A model generated the notes under the pieces. The model was not told the origin of the DNA. It worked only from the letters and a program-made list of their open reading frames with translations, and did no database searches. The position numbers were made by a program, and so were the translations under genes. A stretch of 64,000 nucleotides of DNA from Patescibacteria group bacterium (lineage in GTDB: Bacteria > Patescibacteriota > UBA1384 > XYA2-FULL-43-10 > 1-14-0-10-43-13). Below, piece after piece: positions 9,600 to 21,239 of this stretch (within the stretch, counting starts at the first letter, position 1; each line of letters opens with the position of its first letter). The DNA lies in contig JBAZNP010000001.1 of assembly GCA_041649155.1 (NCBI GenBank), positions 558,869-622,868 on the forward strand, read 5' to 3'.

Positions 9600-9890
9600 A
9601 TGTCAGATAGGTTTTTTACGGGAGCGATAACATCTACTAGGATCATGGTTGCTTCCAGATCTGACGGCACTATTGCCGTTGATGGGTTTCTAGCAGAAAC
9701 AGCAATCCTTTCTGAAAGTTTAGGAAATAAGACCTCGCTTAAGTTTAGCGATCTCAGTCGGATTAATCAGGTGAATCTAAGGATTCTTAGCAACGGTAAA
9801 CTGTCCTACACATTGGGACCGTTCAGGGTTGGAGAATTGAGCCATCGAAAGGGATGTGCGGTGCTTAGCATTCCTTTTGAACTTCGTTAA
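9600..9890 (+). CDS. Hypothetical protein (self-contained ORFan)
   Basis: GGAGG RBS, upstream TGGTATAA, downstream GC-rich hairpin. Confidence 0.55.
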   Translation: MSDRFFTGAITSTRIMVASRSDGTIAVDGFLAETAILSESLGNKTSLKFSDLSRINQVNLRILSNGKLSYTLGPFRVGELSHRKGCAVLSIPFELR

Positions 9891-9906
9891 TCCTTTTTCA
9901 TTATTA

Positions 9907-9936
9907 GCGGCCGCCTTTAGGCGGCCGCCTTCTTTT
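9907..9936 (+). terminator. Intrinsic terminator
   Basis: GCGGCCGCCT-TT-AGGCGGCCGC followed by a T-rich run. Confidence 0.6.
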
Positions 9937-10089
9937 AATATCGGATTTTTTTTGCTAAGCTAATTAGGTCAGAATCAAAAATTATGAATCTGGAATAATG
10001 AATTTTAATAATAAATTGTTTGGCATCTAATAGGATCCTGAAACAAGTTCAGGATGACACTATTAGTTTGTCATGACGTTGGAGAAAAA

Positions 10090-11289
10090 ATGGAAGTTAA
10101 ATCAGAAGATCTTAAAAAGGGTAAGTTTAAATTAACTATTACTGTTTCGGCGGGGGAGATGGTCAATTATTTCAATAAGTCCTACGAAAAAATTGCGCCA
10201 ACTATAAAAATGGATGGATTTCGTCCAGGGAAAGCACCAAGAAAATTGGTTGAAGCAGCAGCCGGTACTGCCAGAATTCTTTCTGAAGCGCTGGATATGG
10301 CAATATCAGAAAATTACTACAAAGCAATAATTGAAAAAAATCTTAATCCGATCGTGCAGCCAAAAATTGTTGTAAATAAATATCCGAATTATGGCGACAC
10401 AACAGAAAGCGTTAAGGAAGATTTTGTATTTGAAGCAGAAATTGAAGTTTTGCCTCCAGTTGAACTGGGCGATTATAAAAAGTTGAAAGTTGCTAAAAAA
10501 TCTCCAGATAAGGCTAAACAAGAAGATGTCGAAAAAGTACTGAAACATTTTCAAAAACAATCATCCACTTTTGCTGATCTTGATCGCGCAGCCAAAAAAG
10601 GAGACAGAGCTGAGCTAAATTTTGAAGGTTTCTTAAAGAAAGTTAGAATTGATCAGATGTGTTCTAAAAATCATCCTGTAATTTTGGGCGAGGGAAACTT
10701 AATTCCAGGATTTGAAGATGAAATTATCGGAATGAAGAAGGGCGAAAAGAAAGAATTTAAGATAAAATTCCCGAAAGATTATCATTCTAAAGAATATGCG
10801 AGTAAAGAAGCTGAATTTAAGATCGAATTACTTGACTTGAAAGAAGTCAAATTATCGGAACTTGATGACGAATTTGCGAAGAAATTTGGTCACAAAAATA
10901 TGACCGAATTAAAAAATGCAATTGAGAAAAATTTAAATCAAGAGCTGGAAGAAGATCACAAGAGAAAGCTTGAAGCCGATGTGATTGAAAAAGTTTTAAC
11001 CGTTTTGAAAGTTGAAGTGCCGGAATCTTTGGTTGAACAGGAAACTCAAAGAATTTTAGGTGAATTTAGTAATCAGCTGACTTCTCAGGGAATAAATATT
11101 GATAGATATCTGGAAAGCATCAAAAAATCACAGGAAGATTTGCTTAAAGAGATGAAACCTCAAGCTGAAAAAAATGTTAAGACCGGACTTTTGCTCGGCA
11201 AGATTATTGAAGAAAAGAAATGGGATCCAAAGGATCCAAAAAATGGTGAAAAAGCGATACAATATTTGGTTAGTGAACTAACCAAATAA
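10090..11289 (+). CDS. tig: Trigger factor
   Basis: GFRPGKAP ribosome-binding signature, FKBP-like LIPGFED and FPKDYH. Confidence 0.95.
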   Translation: MEVKSEDLKKGKFKLTITVSAGEMVNYFNKSYEKIAPTIKMDGFRPGKAPRKLVEAAAGTARILSEALDMAISENYYKAIIEKNLNPIVQPKIVVNKYPNYGDTTESVKEDFVFEAEIEVLPPVELGDYKKLKVAKKSPDKAKQEDVEKVLKHFQKQSSTFADLDRAAKKGDRAELNFEGFLKKVRIDQMCSKNHPVILGEGNLIPGFEDEIIGMKKGEKKEFKIKFPKDYHSKEYASKEAEFKIELLDLKEVKLSELDDEFAKKFGHKNMTELKNAIEKNLNQELEEDHKRKLEADVIEKVLTVLKVEVPESLVEQETQRILGEFSNQLTSQGINIDRYLESIKKSQEDLLKEMKPQAEKNVKTGLLLGKIIEEKKWDPKDPKNGEKAIQYLVSELTK

Positions 11290-11305
11290 ATCGTTACTGC
11301 TGGCT

Positions 11306-11410
11306 GTCATTCCGACTCCTTGGCTTTGTTCAAGGGTGGAGGAATCTTACAAATTAAATTGAAAACTATTATAAGATCCCTCGACTCCGCTACGCTCTGC
11401 TCGGGATGAC
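11306..11410. repeat. Family A variant element
   Basis: GTCATTCCGAC...GCTCGGGATGAC. Confidence 0.8.
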
Positions 11411-11496
11411 AACAGGAGATAGTGAGCAGTTATAAAATTCGTTATTCGTTAATTCGTATTGCAAATTAACTAGTTAACAAATTAACTATTTTTCAA

Positions 11497-12729
11497 ATGC
11501 AAAGCACATTTTTAAATGTTCTAAAATTTCCTGATTTTAAAAAGATTTGGTTGTCCCAAGTTTTTTCTCAAATTGCTTTAAATATGGTTACTTTTGCTTT
11601 GGTTTTGGATATTTTTGAAAAAACAAAGTCAAATACTTCAATCTCTTTGGTTATGATCGCTTCGGCGATTCCAGTTGCAATATTTGGACCGTTTTCAGGA
11701 GCGATTGCCGACAGAATTTGTTATCGAAAAATCCTCATGTATACTAACATTTTCCGTTTTGTTGCTGCAATTTTGTTGATAGTTGCTCATAGTAATATTT
11801 TGGCTATGCTAGAAATCATTTTTCTAATTTCGGCATTATCGCAATTTTTTACTCCTGCCGAGTCCTCGTCTATTCCTTTAATTGTTCCCAAAGAAAAACT
11901 TGTTCATGCAAATTCTTTGGTCATGACCACAACTTACATAACACTTTTGATCGGTTATGCTTCTGCCGGTCCGATTATGAACTATATTGGTTCTAAATGG
12001 CTTTTTGTAATATGTGCCGGTCTTTTTTTGCTTGCGACCGAGGCTACAAGAATGCTGAGTGATTTTGATAAAAAAGAAAATAAGTTATTGTCGATACAAA
12101 CACTCGCTTCTGATATTGCAGAAATTTGGAAAGAAGTTAAAGACGGTCTTAAATACTTAAGACACAAAAGCAATGTGTTAAATCCAATGATAAAGCTCAC
12201 AATCGGGTGGGCAATGCTTGGAGCGTTCATTACTCTATTGCCTGCTTTTGGTGAAAGTGTACTGAAAATCGCCCCAACGTTTATTGGCCCAACAATAATT
12301 GCACCTGCAGGTTTGGGGATGCTTATTGCAGCTGTCGTGATCAGTAAGAGAACAAAATTGAATCAATTAAAAGTTTTAGACAGCGGATTTCTGATTGCCG
12401 GTATTGGTTTTATTTTCTTTTCATTATATAAGTTTTATGATGCCTTTGAGCTTTCCAAATTATTTTTAATTTTATTGGTAATTGTGCTTGGTTTTGGTTC
12501 GGCGATGATTCAAATTTCTGCCCAAACATTATTACATTTGAATTCAGATGAAGAGCAAAGAGGCCGTGTTTTTGGGATTTCTTCGATGCAGTTGCGCCTA
12601 GCCACTTCTTTGCCGGCTCTAGTCATTGGTGGTGTTGCCGACCTGACTTCACCGCTTGTAACAATGATGATTTTGGCATCATTATTCTTTATTTACTCTT
12701 TCTCACTAATATTTGAAGAAAGAGTATGA
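11497..12729 (+). CDS. MFS transporter
   Basis: About 12 hydrophobic segments, GAIADR motif A, QRGRVFG. Confidence 0.9.
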   Translation: MQSTFLNVLKFPDFKKIWLSQVFSQIALNMVTFALVLDIFEKTKSNTSISLVMIASAIPVAIFGPFSGAIADRICYRKILMYTNIFRFVAAILLIVAHSNILAMLEIIFLISALSQFFTPAESSSIPLIVPKEKLVHANSLVMTTTYITLLIGYASAGPIMNYIGSKWLFVICAGLFLLATEATRMLSDFDKKENKLLSIQTLASDIAEIWKEVKDGLKYLRHKSNVLNPMIKLTIGWAMLGAFITLLPAFGESVLKIAPTFIGPTIIAPAGLGMLIAAVVISKRTKLNQLKVLDSGFLIAGIGFIFFSLYKFYDAFELSKLFLILLVIVLGFGSAMIQISAQTLLHLNSDEEQRGRVFGISSMQLRLATSLPALVIGGVADLTSPLVTMMILASLFFIYSFSLIFEERV

Positions 12730-12801
12730 TAAATCAAAAATTCTAATGTCTAATTTCAAATTATTCTAAACAAGCACCAGCCAATAAGGTAATGGTTCAC
12801 T

Positions 12802-12870
12802 GTTATCCCAGACTTGATCTGGGATCCATATAAATAATTACTGGATCCTCGGGTCAAGCCTGAGGATGAC
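12802..12870. repeat. Family A element
   Basis: GTTATCCCAGACTTGATCTGGGATCC...GGATCCTCGGGTCAAGCCTGAGGATGAC. Confidence 0.85.
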
Positions 12871-12978
12871 ACGAGATATTTGTAATTAGGATTTAGAAAT
12901 TATTATTTTTCTATTGTCAGAATAATTTTCTGGTGGTAGAATACTGTGTTATTAGATTTATTATAAATAAGGAAGATT

Positions 12979-13557
12979 ATGAGTTATTTAATCCCCACTG
13001 TAATAGAAAAAACTTTTCAGGGCGAACGCGCCTATGATATATATTCCCGTCTTTTGAGGGATAGAATTATATTTTTGGGAGGTCCGATAAATGATGCGGT
13101 TGCAAATACTGTAGTCGCTCAGCTTCTTTTTTTGGAATCCGAAGACCAGAAAAAAGATATCCAGATGTACATTAATTCTCCTGGTGGAGAAGTTTATTCT
13201 GGCATGGCCATTTACGACACAATGAATTATGTAAAGCCCCACGTTTCAACTATTTGCGTGGGATTAGCTGCTAGCATGGCCGCTTTTCTCCTTTCTGGCG
13301 GGGAAAAGGGTAAGCGTTTGGCATTACCGAATTCCAGAATTTTAATCCATCAGCCAATGGGCGGGACGCAAGGACAGGCGTCTGATATCAAAATTCAGGC
13401 AGAGGAGATTTTAAAGATCCGCGAAGAAATGAATAAAACTCTATCAAAAAATACTGGTCAACCTTTGAATGTGATAGAAAAAGATACAGACAGGGATTTC
13501 TACATGAAAGCAATAGAGGCAAAGAAGTATGGAATAATCGATAAAATTATTTCTTAA
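12979..13557 (+). CDS. clpP: ATP-dependent Clp protease proteolytic subunit
   Basis: [31 protein letters not shown]. Confidence 0.98.
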   Translation: MSYLIPTVIEKTFQGERAYDIYSRLLRDRIIFLGGPINDAVANTVVAQLLFLESEDQKKDIQMYINSPGGEVYSGMAIYDTMNYVKPHVSTICVGLAASMAAFLLSGGEKGKRLALPNSRILIHQPMGGTQGQASDIKIQAEEILKIREEMNKTLSKNTGQPLNVIEKDTDRDFYMKAIEAKKYGIIDKIIS

Positions 13558-13687
13558 AGTTGTGGTATAATAGCAAGTGAACTATATTATTATAGTGCTG
13601 TGGATTATTTTTTGAGCGAAACGAAGTGTGGTCGAGAAGTTCGATAATTCTCGATTCGTCGAGCTCTCTTGAACAATAAAATATTAT

Positions 13688-14284
13688 ATGGGAGGGGTTG
13701 TGAAAATTAAATCAAAAGCATTTACATTAGTTGAACTTTTGATAGTAATGGCCATTATCGGAGTGCTTGCTGCAATCGTTGTAGTCAACTTAACCAGGTC
13801 ACAAAAAATATCAAGGGATGCACGAAGAGTTGCTGATTTAGATACAATAAATACTGCTTTAATGCTGCATTATGATTCAAAGAAAAAGGTGATTACCAGT
13901 GCATGCGATAATAACACTTATACAGTTAATGATTTGAATTTAAACCATTTCTTGGTTGATGAGGGGTATTTACCGAGTATGCCGAAAGACCCCAAATATC
14001 CAACATCTGGCAATTATTATGAGCAATATTTATATGTTTCAACAACATATTCTACCCACTATTATCCTCATGTAGCAAGTTCTTGCGGGGACTATAGTGA
14101 TAGTGTGGCATTTAGCTGCAGCGCTTCTACTGGAAGTCCTTGTAGCAATTACTTCCTTTATGCCAACTTAGAAACTGATAAATACCAAAATATTACAACT
14201 GAATCATTATGGACAGCTAATCACATGTCTTCTTTAAGTTTCAATGATAAAAATTTATATTATATGTTAGGACCAAATAAGTAA
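13688..14284 (+). CDS. Type IV pilin-like protein
   Basis: A|FTLVELLIVMAIIG class III signal; Cys-containing variable C-terminus. Confidence 0.9.
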   Translation: MGGVVKIKSKAFTLVELLIVMAIIGVLAAIVVVNLTRSQKISRDARRVADLDTINTALMLHYDSKKKVITSACDNNTYTVNDLNLNHFLVDEGYLPSMPKDPKYPTSGNYYEQYLYVSTTYSTHYYPHVASSCGDYSDSVAFSCSASTGSPCSNYFLYANLETDKYQNITTESLWTANHMSSLSFNDKNLYYMLGPNK

Positions 14285-14303
14285 TTAGGGTAAATAATTA
14301 AGT

Positions 14304-15260
14304 ATGAACATTCAAGAAATTTATAACTTAGCAATTCAGATTGGCATCGACAATGATCCAAGGGGTCGAGCCAAAGTTGAAAAAATTCTTTCAAAAAGGA
14401 AGGAAGAGTATTTGGAATTGCCGAAAGAGAAGAAGAAAGATTTTGATATTTCAAAATTGGAAAGTCCTTATTCTGACTCAGGAATTCATTTTGGAGACAC
14501 TAAAAAGGAAATTAAAACCATTCTTGTCGGCATTGACATTGGTGTTGAGGAAATTTTGCTGGCAAAAGAACTAGAAAGGCAAGGCAAGAAAATTGACTTG
14601 ATTTTTGCTCACCATCCGGAAGGCAAAGCCTTGACTAATTTGCATGAGGTTATGGATATTCAAACCGATGTTTTGGCTCGTGCTGGAATGCCGGAAAACA
14701 TTGCCGAAGGTGTGCTGGCCGACAGGATTAGGGAAGTTTCGCGAACAATTGCGCCGATCAATCATTACAAACCGGTTGATGCTGCAAAATTATTAAATAT
14801 GCCTTTATTAAATATTCATACACCAGCCGATAACTGTGTTTGGAATTTTGTTGATAAATATATAGAAGAAAAAAAGCCTGAAACTGTTGGCGAAGTGGTT
14901 GAGACTCTAAAAGAAATTCCAGAATACGCAGAGGCAGCCAAATTAAATACTGGCCCAACTATTTTCGCCGGCAGCGAGAAAGGGAGAGCGGGAAAAATTG
15001 TGGTTTCAGGCATGACTGGTGGTACCGGCGGCAGCGAGAAGATTTTTGAACGCATGAGTCACTATGGAATTGGAACCGAAATTGGCATGCATTTAGGAGA
15101 AAAACATCGGGAGGAAGCAGCCAAGCATTATATTAACATTGTAATTGCCGGTCATATTGCTTCTGATTCTTTGGGTCTTAATATTATTATGGACGAGCTC
15201 GAGAAAAAAGGGATTGAGATTATCCCATGTTCGGGATATATACGACATTCGAGAATATAA
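14304..15260 (+). CDS. Nif3-like dinuclear metal-binding protein (NGG1p-interacting factor family)
   Basis: GIDI, AHHP, HTPADN, GMH, AGHIASD. Confidence 0.85.
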   Translation: MNIQEIYNLAIQIGIDNDPRGRAKVEKILSKRKEEYLELPKEKKKDFDISKLESPYSDSGIHFGDTKKEIKTILVGIDIGVEEILLAKELERQGKKIDLIFAHHPEGKALTNLHEVMDIQTDVLARAGMPENIAEGVLADRIREVSRTIAPINHYKPVDAAKLLNMPLLNIHTPADNCVWNFVDKYIEEKKPETVGEVVETLKEIPEYAEAAKLNTGPTIFAGSEKGRAGKIVVSGMTGGTGGSEKIFERMSHYGIGTEIGMHLGEKHREEAAKHYINIVIAGHIASDSLGLNIIMDELEKKGIEIIPCSGYIRHSRI

Positions 15261-15291
15261 ATATAATAAATATAAAAGTACTAGGAGGGAT

Positions 15292-15903
15292 ATGCAATTT
15301 TTTAAAAGAAAAAAAGCCTTTACTTTAATAGAGATTTTAGTAGTTGTATCTATTATTGGTATATTAGCTTCTGTCGTTACAGTTAACTTGATTTATGCCC
15401 AGAAGAAGTCGAGAAATACAAAAAGAATCGGAGATTTGGAGGCAATGAACAATGCCATAAAACAATATTACGCTACAGAAAATAACTTGCCTGATAATCG
15501 CGCTAGTAGCGGAGCCTGTATTGTAGGGTCAAGCTATGGAGGCGGAGTTTGCCTTGGCGAATTAATAAGTAATTACATGGCTGTGCTTCCAACTGATCCA
15601 TTAAATCAGCCTGGCAATAAATATTCTTATCATAATTATGGCACTTACGTTACGATATTTGCGAGTCTTGAGCCACAACAATATGGTCCTTTTCCATATG
15701 GCTGGAACTGTAGCGGTGACAACTCGTCTGGCGGTTGGTGGGCTGGCATGGAATGTGATAGTATAGGAGATTCAACGGAAAGAAAAATATGTACCGATGC
15801 TCTCATGGACAATAACCCAACAACAACATATACTCCTCCAGAAGGAATAACATTAAATGTGCCGGGAGATACCAAAAAGTATTGCAATGGATTTAAACTA
15901 TAA
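15292..15903 (+). CDS. Type IV pilin-like protein
   Basis: ATG after AGGAGG; A|FTLIEILVVV. Confidence 0.9.
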   Translation: MQFFKRKKAFTLIEILVVVSIIGILASVVTVNLIYAQKKSRNTKRIGDLEAMNNAIKQYYATENNLPDNRASSGACIVGSSYGGGVCLGELISNYMAVLPTDPLNQPGNKYSYHNYGTYVTIFASLEPQQYGPFPYGWNCSGDNSSGGWWAGMECDSIGDSTERKICTDALMDNNPTTTYTPPEGITLNVPGDTKKYCNGFKL

Positions 15904-15908
15904 TACTT

Positions 15909-16502
15909 ATGTTTATATTTAATTTATTAAAAAGAAAACAGAGGAAAGGGTTCACACTAGTTGAACTTCTAGTTGTTACGGCGATTATTGCAATGCTGGC
16001 ATTAATTGTGGTTATTAATGTGAGTCAATCGCAAAAACGTTCACGTGATTCGAGAAGAAAAGCAGATCTTAATTCAATTTTAACAGCTATGCTGTTTTAT
16101 TATGATGATCATAATACTCTTTCATTAGCTGGGTGTAATTGTGGATATAACAATGAAGGGAGAGGTTGGTTTAATTATGTGGGTGGCGGGTCTTACGCTA
16201 CTTCAATTGCGGAATATCTTAAATCAAGTAACTATCTAAGCAGTACTGTCATCGACCCGTCAGGCAAGACCTCTTGTATGCCAGGCGCTGGTGGTAGTTG
16301 TGATACTGAAGATGGCGGACCGTATATGCTGCATTATGATCTTGGTACAGGAAAAAAGATTACTGTTTATGCTAAAATGGAATCGACGAAATCGGTGGTT
16401 GATGTTAACAACAGTTGCAATTCCAGTCCTGCTATTCCACCGGCAGGGACTCTATATTGTACTGACTACTATAGGAATTATTCTTTAACTGCTACAAAAT
16501 GA
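15909..16502 (+). CDS. Type IV pilin-like protein
   Basis: G|FTLVELLVV; SRDSRRKADL. Confidence 0.9.
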   Translation: MFIFNLLKRKQRKGFTLVELLVVTAIIAMLALIVVINVSQSQKRSRDSRRKADLNSILTAMLFYYDDHNTLSLAGCNCGYNNEGRGWFNYVGGGSYATSIAEYLKSSNYLSSTVIDPSGKTSCMPGAGGSCDTEDGGPYMLHYDLGTGKKITVYAKMESTKSVVDVNNSCNSSPAIPPAGTLYCTDYYRNYSLTATK

Positions 16503-17092
16503 GTACTATAACATATCGAGGAGGACGAGTGGATAGTAAAAGAGCTTTCACATTAATCGAATTATTGGTTGTGGTTGCTATTATTGGTATTTTGGCGACT
16601 ATTGTGTCATTAAACATTGTTGGCGCACAGGAAAAATCAAAAGTTGCCAAGGCGGTGGAGCAAATAAATACAGTCGAAAAAGCAGTGAAAATGTATTACG
16701 CTGATGTTTATGATTGGCCGCCAACTTGTAGGTCTGTTGATTATCATGCAGACTGTAATTCAACAGAAGACCCATTTTTGTTAACTCCGACCGGTGTTGA
16801 TAGATGGAATGGTCCCTATATAGACGAAGGTATTTATAACATGAAGCATCCTTGGGGGGGAGCCGTAGAATATTGGAAGGATACAACTGCAGGTAAATTG
16901 AAGGTTGTTTTAGACGATGATGCACCAGCAAAAGCTTCAGTTGATAATAGCGGAAATATCCCCGATTCGGCATTGCTAAAAATTGATCAGTTAATTGATG
17001 ATGGCAATTTACATACAGGATCTGCATTGCAGTCAACTGATGGTGGCGCAGGGTACATCGGCGAGATAGTGCATTCTTTCGTTTCCTTGTAA
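16499..17092 (+). CDS. Type IV pilin / GspG-like pseudopilin
   Basis: A|FTLIELLVV; WNGPY and HPWG motifs resemble GspG. Confidence 0.9.
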   Translation: MSTITYRGGRVDSKRAFTLIELLVVVAIIGILATIVSLNIVGAQEKSKVAKAVEQINTVEKAVKMYYADVYDWPPTCRSVDYHADCNSTEDPFLLTPTGVDRWNGPYIDEGIYNMKHPWGGAVEYWKDTTAGKLKVVLDDDAPAKASVDNSGNIPDSALLKIDQLIDDGNLHTGSALQSTDGGAGYIGEIVHSFVSL

Positions 17093-17184
17093 GAGTTTTA
17101 TTGGCAAACATTGATTATTTGTAATATGCTTAAAACAATAGTGTGGGTTATCTGAATACCTAAACAGATCTATAAGGAGGCGGG

Positions 17185-17730
17185 GTGAAAAAAATAAAAG
17201 ATTGCAACCTTGAGCAAAGTCGAATGGGCTTTACTCTGATTGAACTATTGGTTGTAGTGGTTATTATTGGTGTTTTAGCCACAGTTGTAGTGGTTAGCCT
17301 AACCAGCGCTCAGGAAAAATCAAGAGATGCAAAGAGAATCAGTGATCTAAAACAAATTGACCTGGCGATTGATTCATTCTATACGGACTATCAACATCTT
17401 CCCGGTGGGTCATCGATGGGCACCTTCAGCCTTTATGTTATAAACAACAATACTTACACTGGAGATACCTCAAGCTGTAGTGCTGGTGGTTTATTGCCTT
17501 ATCTTCCTGACGTGTGTAGGGATTATGGACCCAAACATACTACTGCCACCGCTGATGCTTACAAGGACGTTTATTTATATGGTTTCGCTGATGCCAAGAA
17601 AGACACTTACCATCTTGGTGCTCAATTCGAATCTTCTAATAATCAAGGTAATACATTCACTTATTGTAGTTCGAGTTCAAATTGTTCAGCCACTGATACA
17701 AGTTATACTGGTTATTATCTAATAAAGTAA
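17185..17730 (+). CDS. Type IV pilin-like protein
   Basis: G|FTLIELLVV; GTG start after AAGGAGG; palindrome in the leader. Confidence 0.9.
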   Translation: MKKIKDCNLEQSRMGFTLIELLVVVVIIGVLATVVVVSLTSAQEKSRDAKRISDLKQIDLAIDSFYTDYQHLPGGSSMGTFSLYVINNNTYTGDTSSCSAGGLLPYLPDVCRDYGPKHTTATADAYKDVYLYGFADAKKDTYHLGAQFESSNNQGNTFTYCSSSSNCSATDTSYTGYYLIK

Positions 17731-17771
17731 TCTAATATTGTTAGTCGGACAATGCCAAAAAAAGGAAAGAA

Positions 17772-18299
17772 ATGAAATATAAAAAAGGGTTTACTCTGAT
17801 AGAGATTTTGGTCGTCGTCGCTATTATTGGAGTTTTAGCCACAGTTGTGATGGTAAACGTAAGAAGAAACATAGCCAAAGCTAACTATACAAAAACTCTG
17901 AGCGACATGACGGCGATTGCTAAGTCAGTCAATCTTTATACTGCCGAACACAATGTAACAAAACCAAAGGAATGGAGCGGGTATAGAAATTATTCTCATG
18001 CTACTGATGGCGCTCACACATTTTATAATAGTACGGATTCTTCTGACTCTAATTACAATGATTTTTTTGCGGACAAATTAGATAACGTGAGACCCGTGCC
18101 ACCATGTGAAGGTTCTGCTTATTCTTATTACAACAGTTCGACTTATTCTTTTATCATATATTGGACACCGAATTCTGGAGGTCATAGTAATGTTATGTTG
18201 CCAGTGGAGGGTGTTATGCCTTCAGGTTATGTTAATATTAAAAACAAAACTGAAAAAAGCATTTCATGTAAAGAAACACGGGACTCAGATTTTCAATAA
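17772..18299 (+). CDS. Type IV pilin-like protein
   Basis: G|FTLIEILVV. Confidence 0.9.
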   Translation: MKYKKGFTLIEILVVVAIIGVLATVVMVNVRRNIAKANYTKTLSDMTAIAKSVNLYTAEHNVTKPKEWSGYRNYSHATDGAHTFYNSTDSSDSNYNDFFADKLDNVRPVPPCEGSAYSYYNSSTYSFIIYWTPNSGGHSNVMLPVEGVMPSGYVNIKNKTEKSISCKETRDSDFQ

Positions 18300-18346
18300 T
18301 TTGCAGATAGCTTCTTAGCTGGCCTATATTAATCTAATTTGTGCTG

Positions 18347-18375
18347 TTGACAAAATCTATTTTTTTGAGTAGTAT
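18347..18375 (+). promoter_or_regulatory. Sigma70 promoter of the 16S gene
   Basis: TTGACA-17 bp-TAGTAT. Confidence 0.75.
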
Positions 18376-18440
18376 TGACTTACTGAATAAAAACTAACTG
18401 TTCGAATACATTGGGGGATTGTTTTTATTCTGTTAAAATT

Positions 18441-18473
18441 TGCTCTTTGACAACTAAATAGTGATAAGTACGC
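18441..18473 (+). promoter_or_regulatory. boxA antiterminator and 5' arm of the 16S processing stem
   Basis: TGCTCTTTGACAAC; complementary to 20152-20185 downstream of 16S. Confidence 0.75.
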
Positions 18474-18584
18474 TTGTTTCAACTCTTTCCACATGAAGGA
18501 GTTGAACAATTCTTTTGAGAGAAAAAAAATTTGATTAGTATAAGAGCTAATCAAACTCATAAATATTTGTATCGTAAGATACAT

Positions 18585-20045
<1,461 letters not shown>

Positions 20046-20184
20046 TAAGGAGAATCGTCCATCAATTCAATGATGGTTCGATACGGTCGATCGTCTGATA
20101 TTCGTTCTTGAATATCGAGACGCAAATCCTATGCTAAACCTTAGCATAGGTGCGTACTTTATCACTATTTAGTTGCAAAAGAGC

Positions 20185-20230
20185 TAAAAACAACAGACCT
20201 GCCTGCCGGCAGGCAGGTTACAGATCGTAC
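20185..20230 (+). repeat. 46-bp composite direct repeat, copy 1
   Basis: 43/46 identical to 41802-41847; a GxxExxY-type left end interrupted by the 20-bp palindrome. Confidence 0.9.
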
Positions 20231-20251
20231 GAATAATACGAATGCTGTATG

Positions 20252-20279
20252 AAAAAGCCACTCGAAAGAGTGATTTTTT
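20252..20279 (+). terminator. Terminator after 16S
   Basis: AAAAAGCCACTC-GAAA-GAGTGATTTTTT. Confidence 0.6.
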
Positions 20280-20563
20280 GTTATAATAAAAACAGAGGTG
20301 ATGATTATGCGGAAGTTAAGAAGACAGAATATGGGGGAAAGAAGGGGTTTTGCTACTCTATTGACTCCTCTGCGCGATAGAGTGGATAATAGCCGAAAAC
20401 CACATTCTAGAGGTATTCGCTTCAGGAGAAGTTTACTTCATGGTCATCATGTGCGAAGCGGCAGTACTCTCGGCTCGGGCGTCTCTTCTCGCCCGAGCTT
20501 ATTTTTGCAAAATTTAACGTTCTTCGAGTTTAAATTAATTCTTAGGATAAAAGATATAGCAGT

Positions 20564-20605
20564 CTATCTTAGGTTTACATACGGCCGTTGCAAAATCTAA
20601 GATAG
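20564..20605. repeat. Palindromic direct repeat, copy 1
   Basis: CTATCTTAGGTTTACATACGGCCGTTGCAAAATCTAAGATAG. Confidence 0.95.
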
Positions 20606-20621
20606 GCACTAGAATATAAAT

Positions 20622-21194
20622 ATGGTTAGATATTCAAAAAAATATGGAGATATGCTTGAAAATCCATTTACTTGGGGGCTGGAAATTGCATTGGGATATC
20701 TTTTAAAATTGGGAAAAAATTATGTCTATAAAGCACGTGACAGCAAAGCGCTATATGAAGAGTTAAACAACGCTAGCGATCATCAGCTTTCGCCTCGCCA
20801 AGTTTCAAATATGATTTATCAGTTGAAAAATAGTAATTATATTGAAATTTGTGACGAAGAAGGGGAAAAATCAATTAAGTTAACCAATAAAGCAAAAATA
20901 AAATTAGTTGAAAAAATAATTGAAGAGGAACCCAAAGATAACAAATATCGTTTTGTCTCTTTTGATATCCCTGAACGATTACATCATAGGCGTGATAAGT
21001 TTCGTCGAACAATAAAAAGGATGGGATTTCGTCAAATCCAACAGAGTTTATGGGTTACGGATAAAAATATAGGGGAAATGGTCGATATTGCAGCCCAGGA
21101 ATTTGAAGTTGAAGAGTATGTCGCCTACATTGTTTCTGAAAAATCAAACATTGATCTGCACATTAAGAAAACATTGCATGTGGAGCTATCTTAG
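20622..21194 (+). CDS. PaaX-like protein (winged helix plus Cas2-like ferredoxin-fold domain)
   Basis: wHTH-like LKNSNYIE..IKLT; FVSFDIPE..RDKFR..LGF-like MGFRQIQQSLWV. Confidence 0.85.
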   Translation: MVRYSKKYGDMLENPFTWGLEIALGYLLKLGKNYVYKARDSKALYEELNNASDHQLSPRQVSNMIYQLKNSNYIEICDEEGEKSIKLTNKAKIKLVEKIIEEEPKDNKYRFVSFDIPERLHHRRDKFRRTIKRMGFRQIQQSLWVTDKNIGEMVDIAAQEFEVEEYVAYIVSEKSNIDLHIKKTLHVELS

Positions 21195-21225
21195 GTTTAC
21201 ATACGGCCGTTGCAAAATCTAAGAT
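21186..21225. repeat. Palindromic direct repeat, copy 2
   Basis: 40/40 identical to 20564-20603; contains the TAG stop of the PaaX-like gene. Confidence 0.95.
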
Positions 21226-21239
21226 GCATTAAAGATAAT

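Noticed and set aside
13688-18299. Diversity-generating retroelement or silent pilS-type cassettes
   Set aside because: No reverse transcriptase or TR/VR pair seen; every pilin has a full start and signal sequence.
20298-20600. 100-aa ORF after 16S
   Set aside because: Runs through a terminator-like hairpin and into the repeat; no recognisable motif.
20564-21225. CRISPR array / true Cas2
   Set aside because: Only two repeats, separated by a whole gene; no spacers or cas1; the Cas2-like domain is fused to a winged helix as in PaaX-like proteins.
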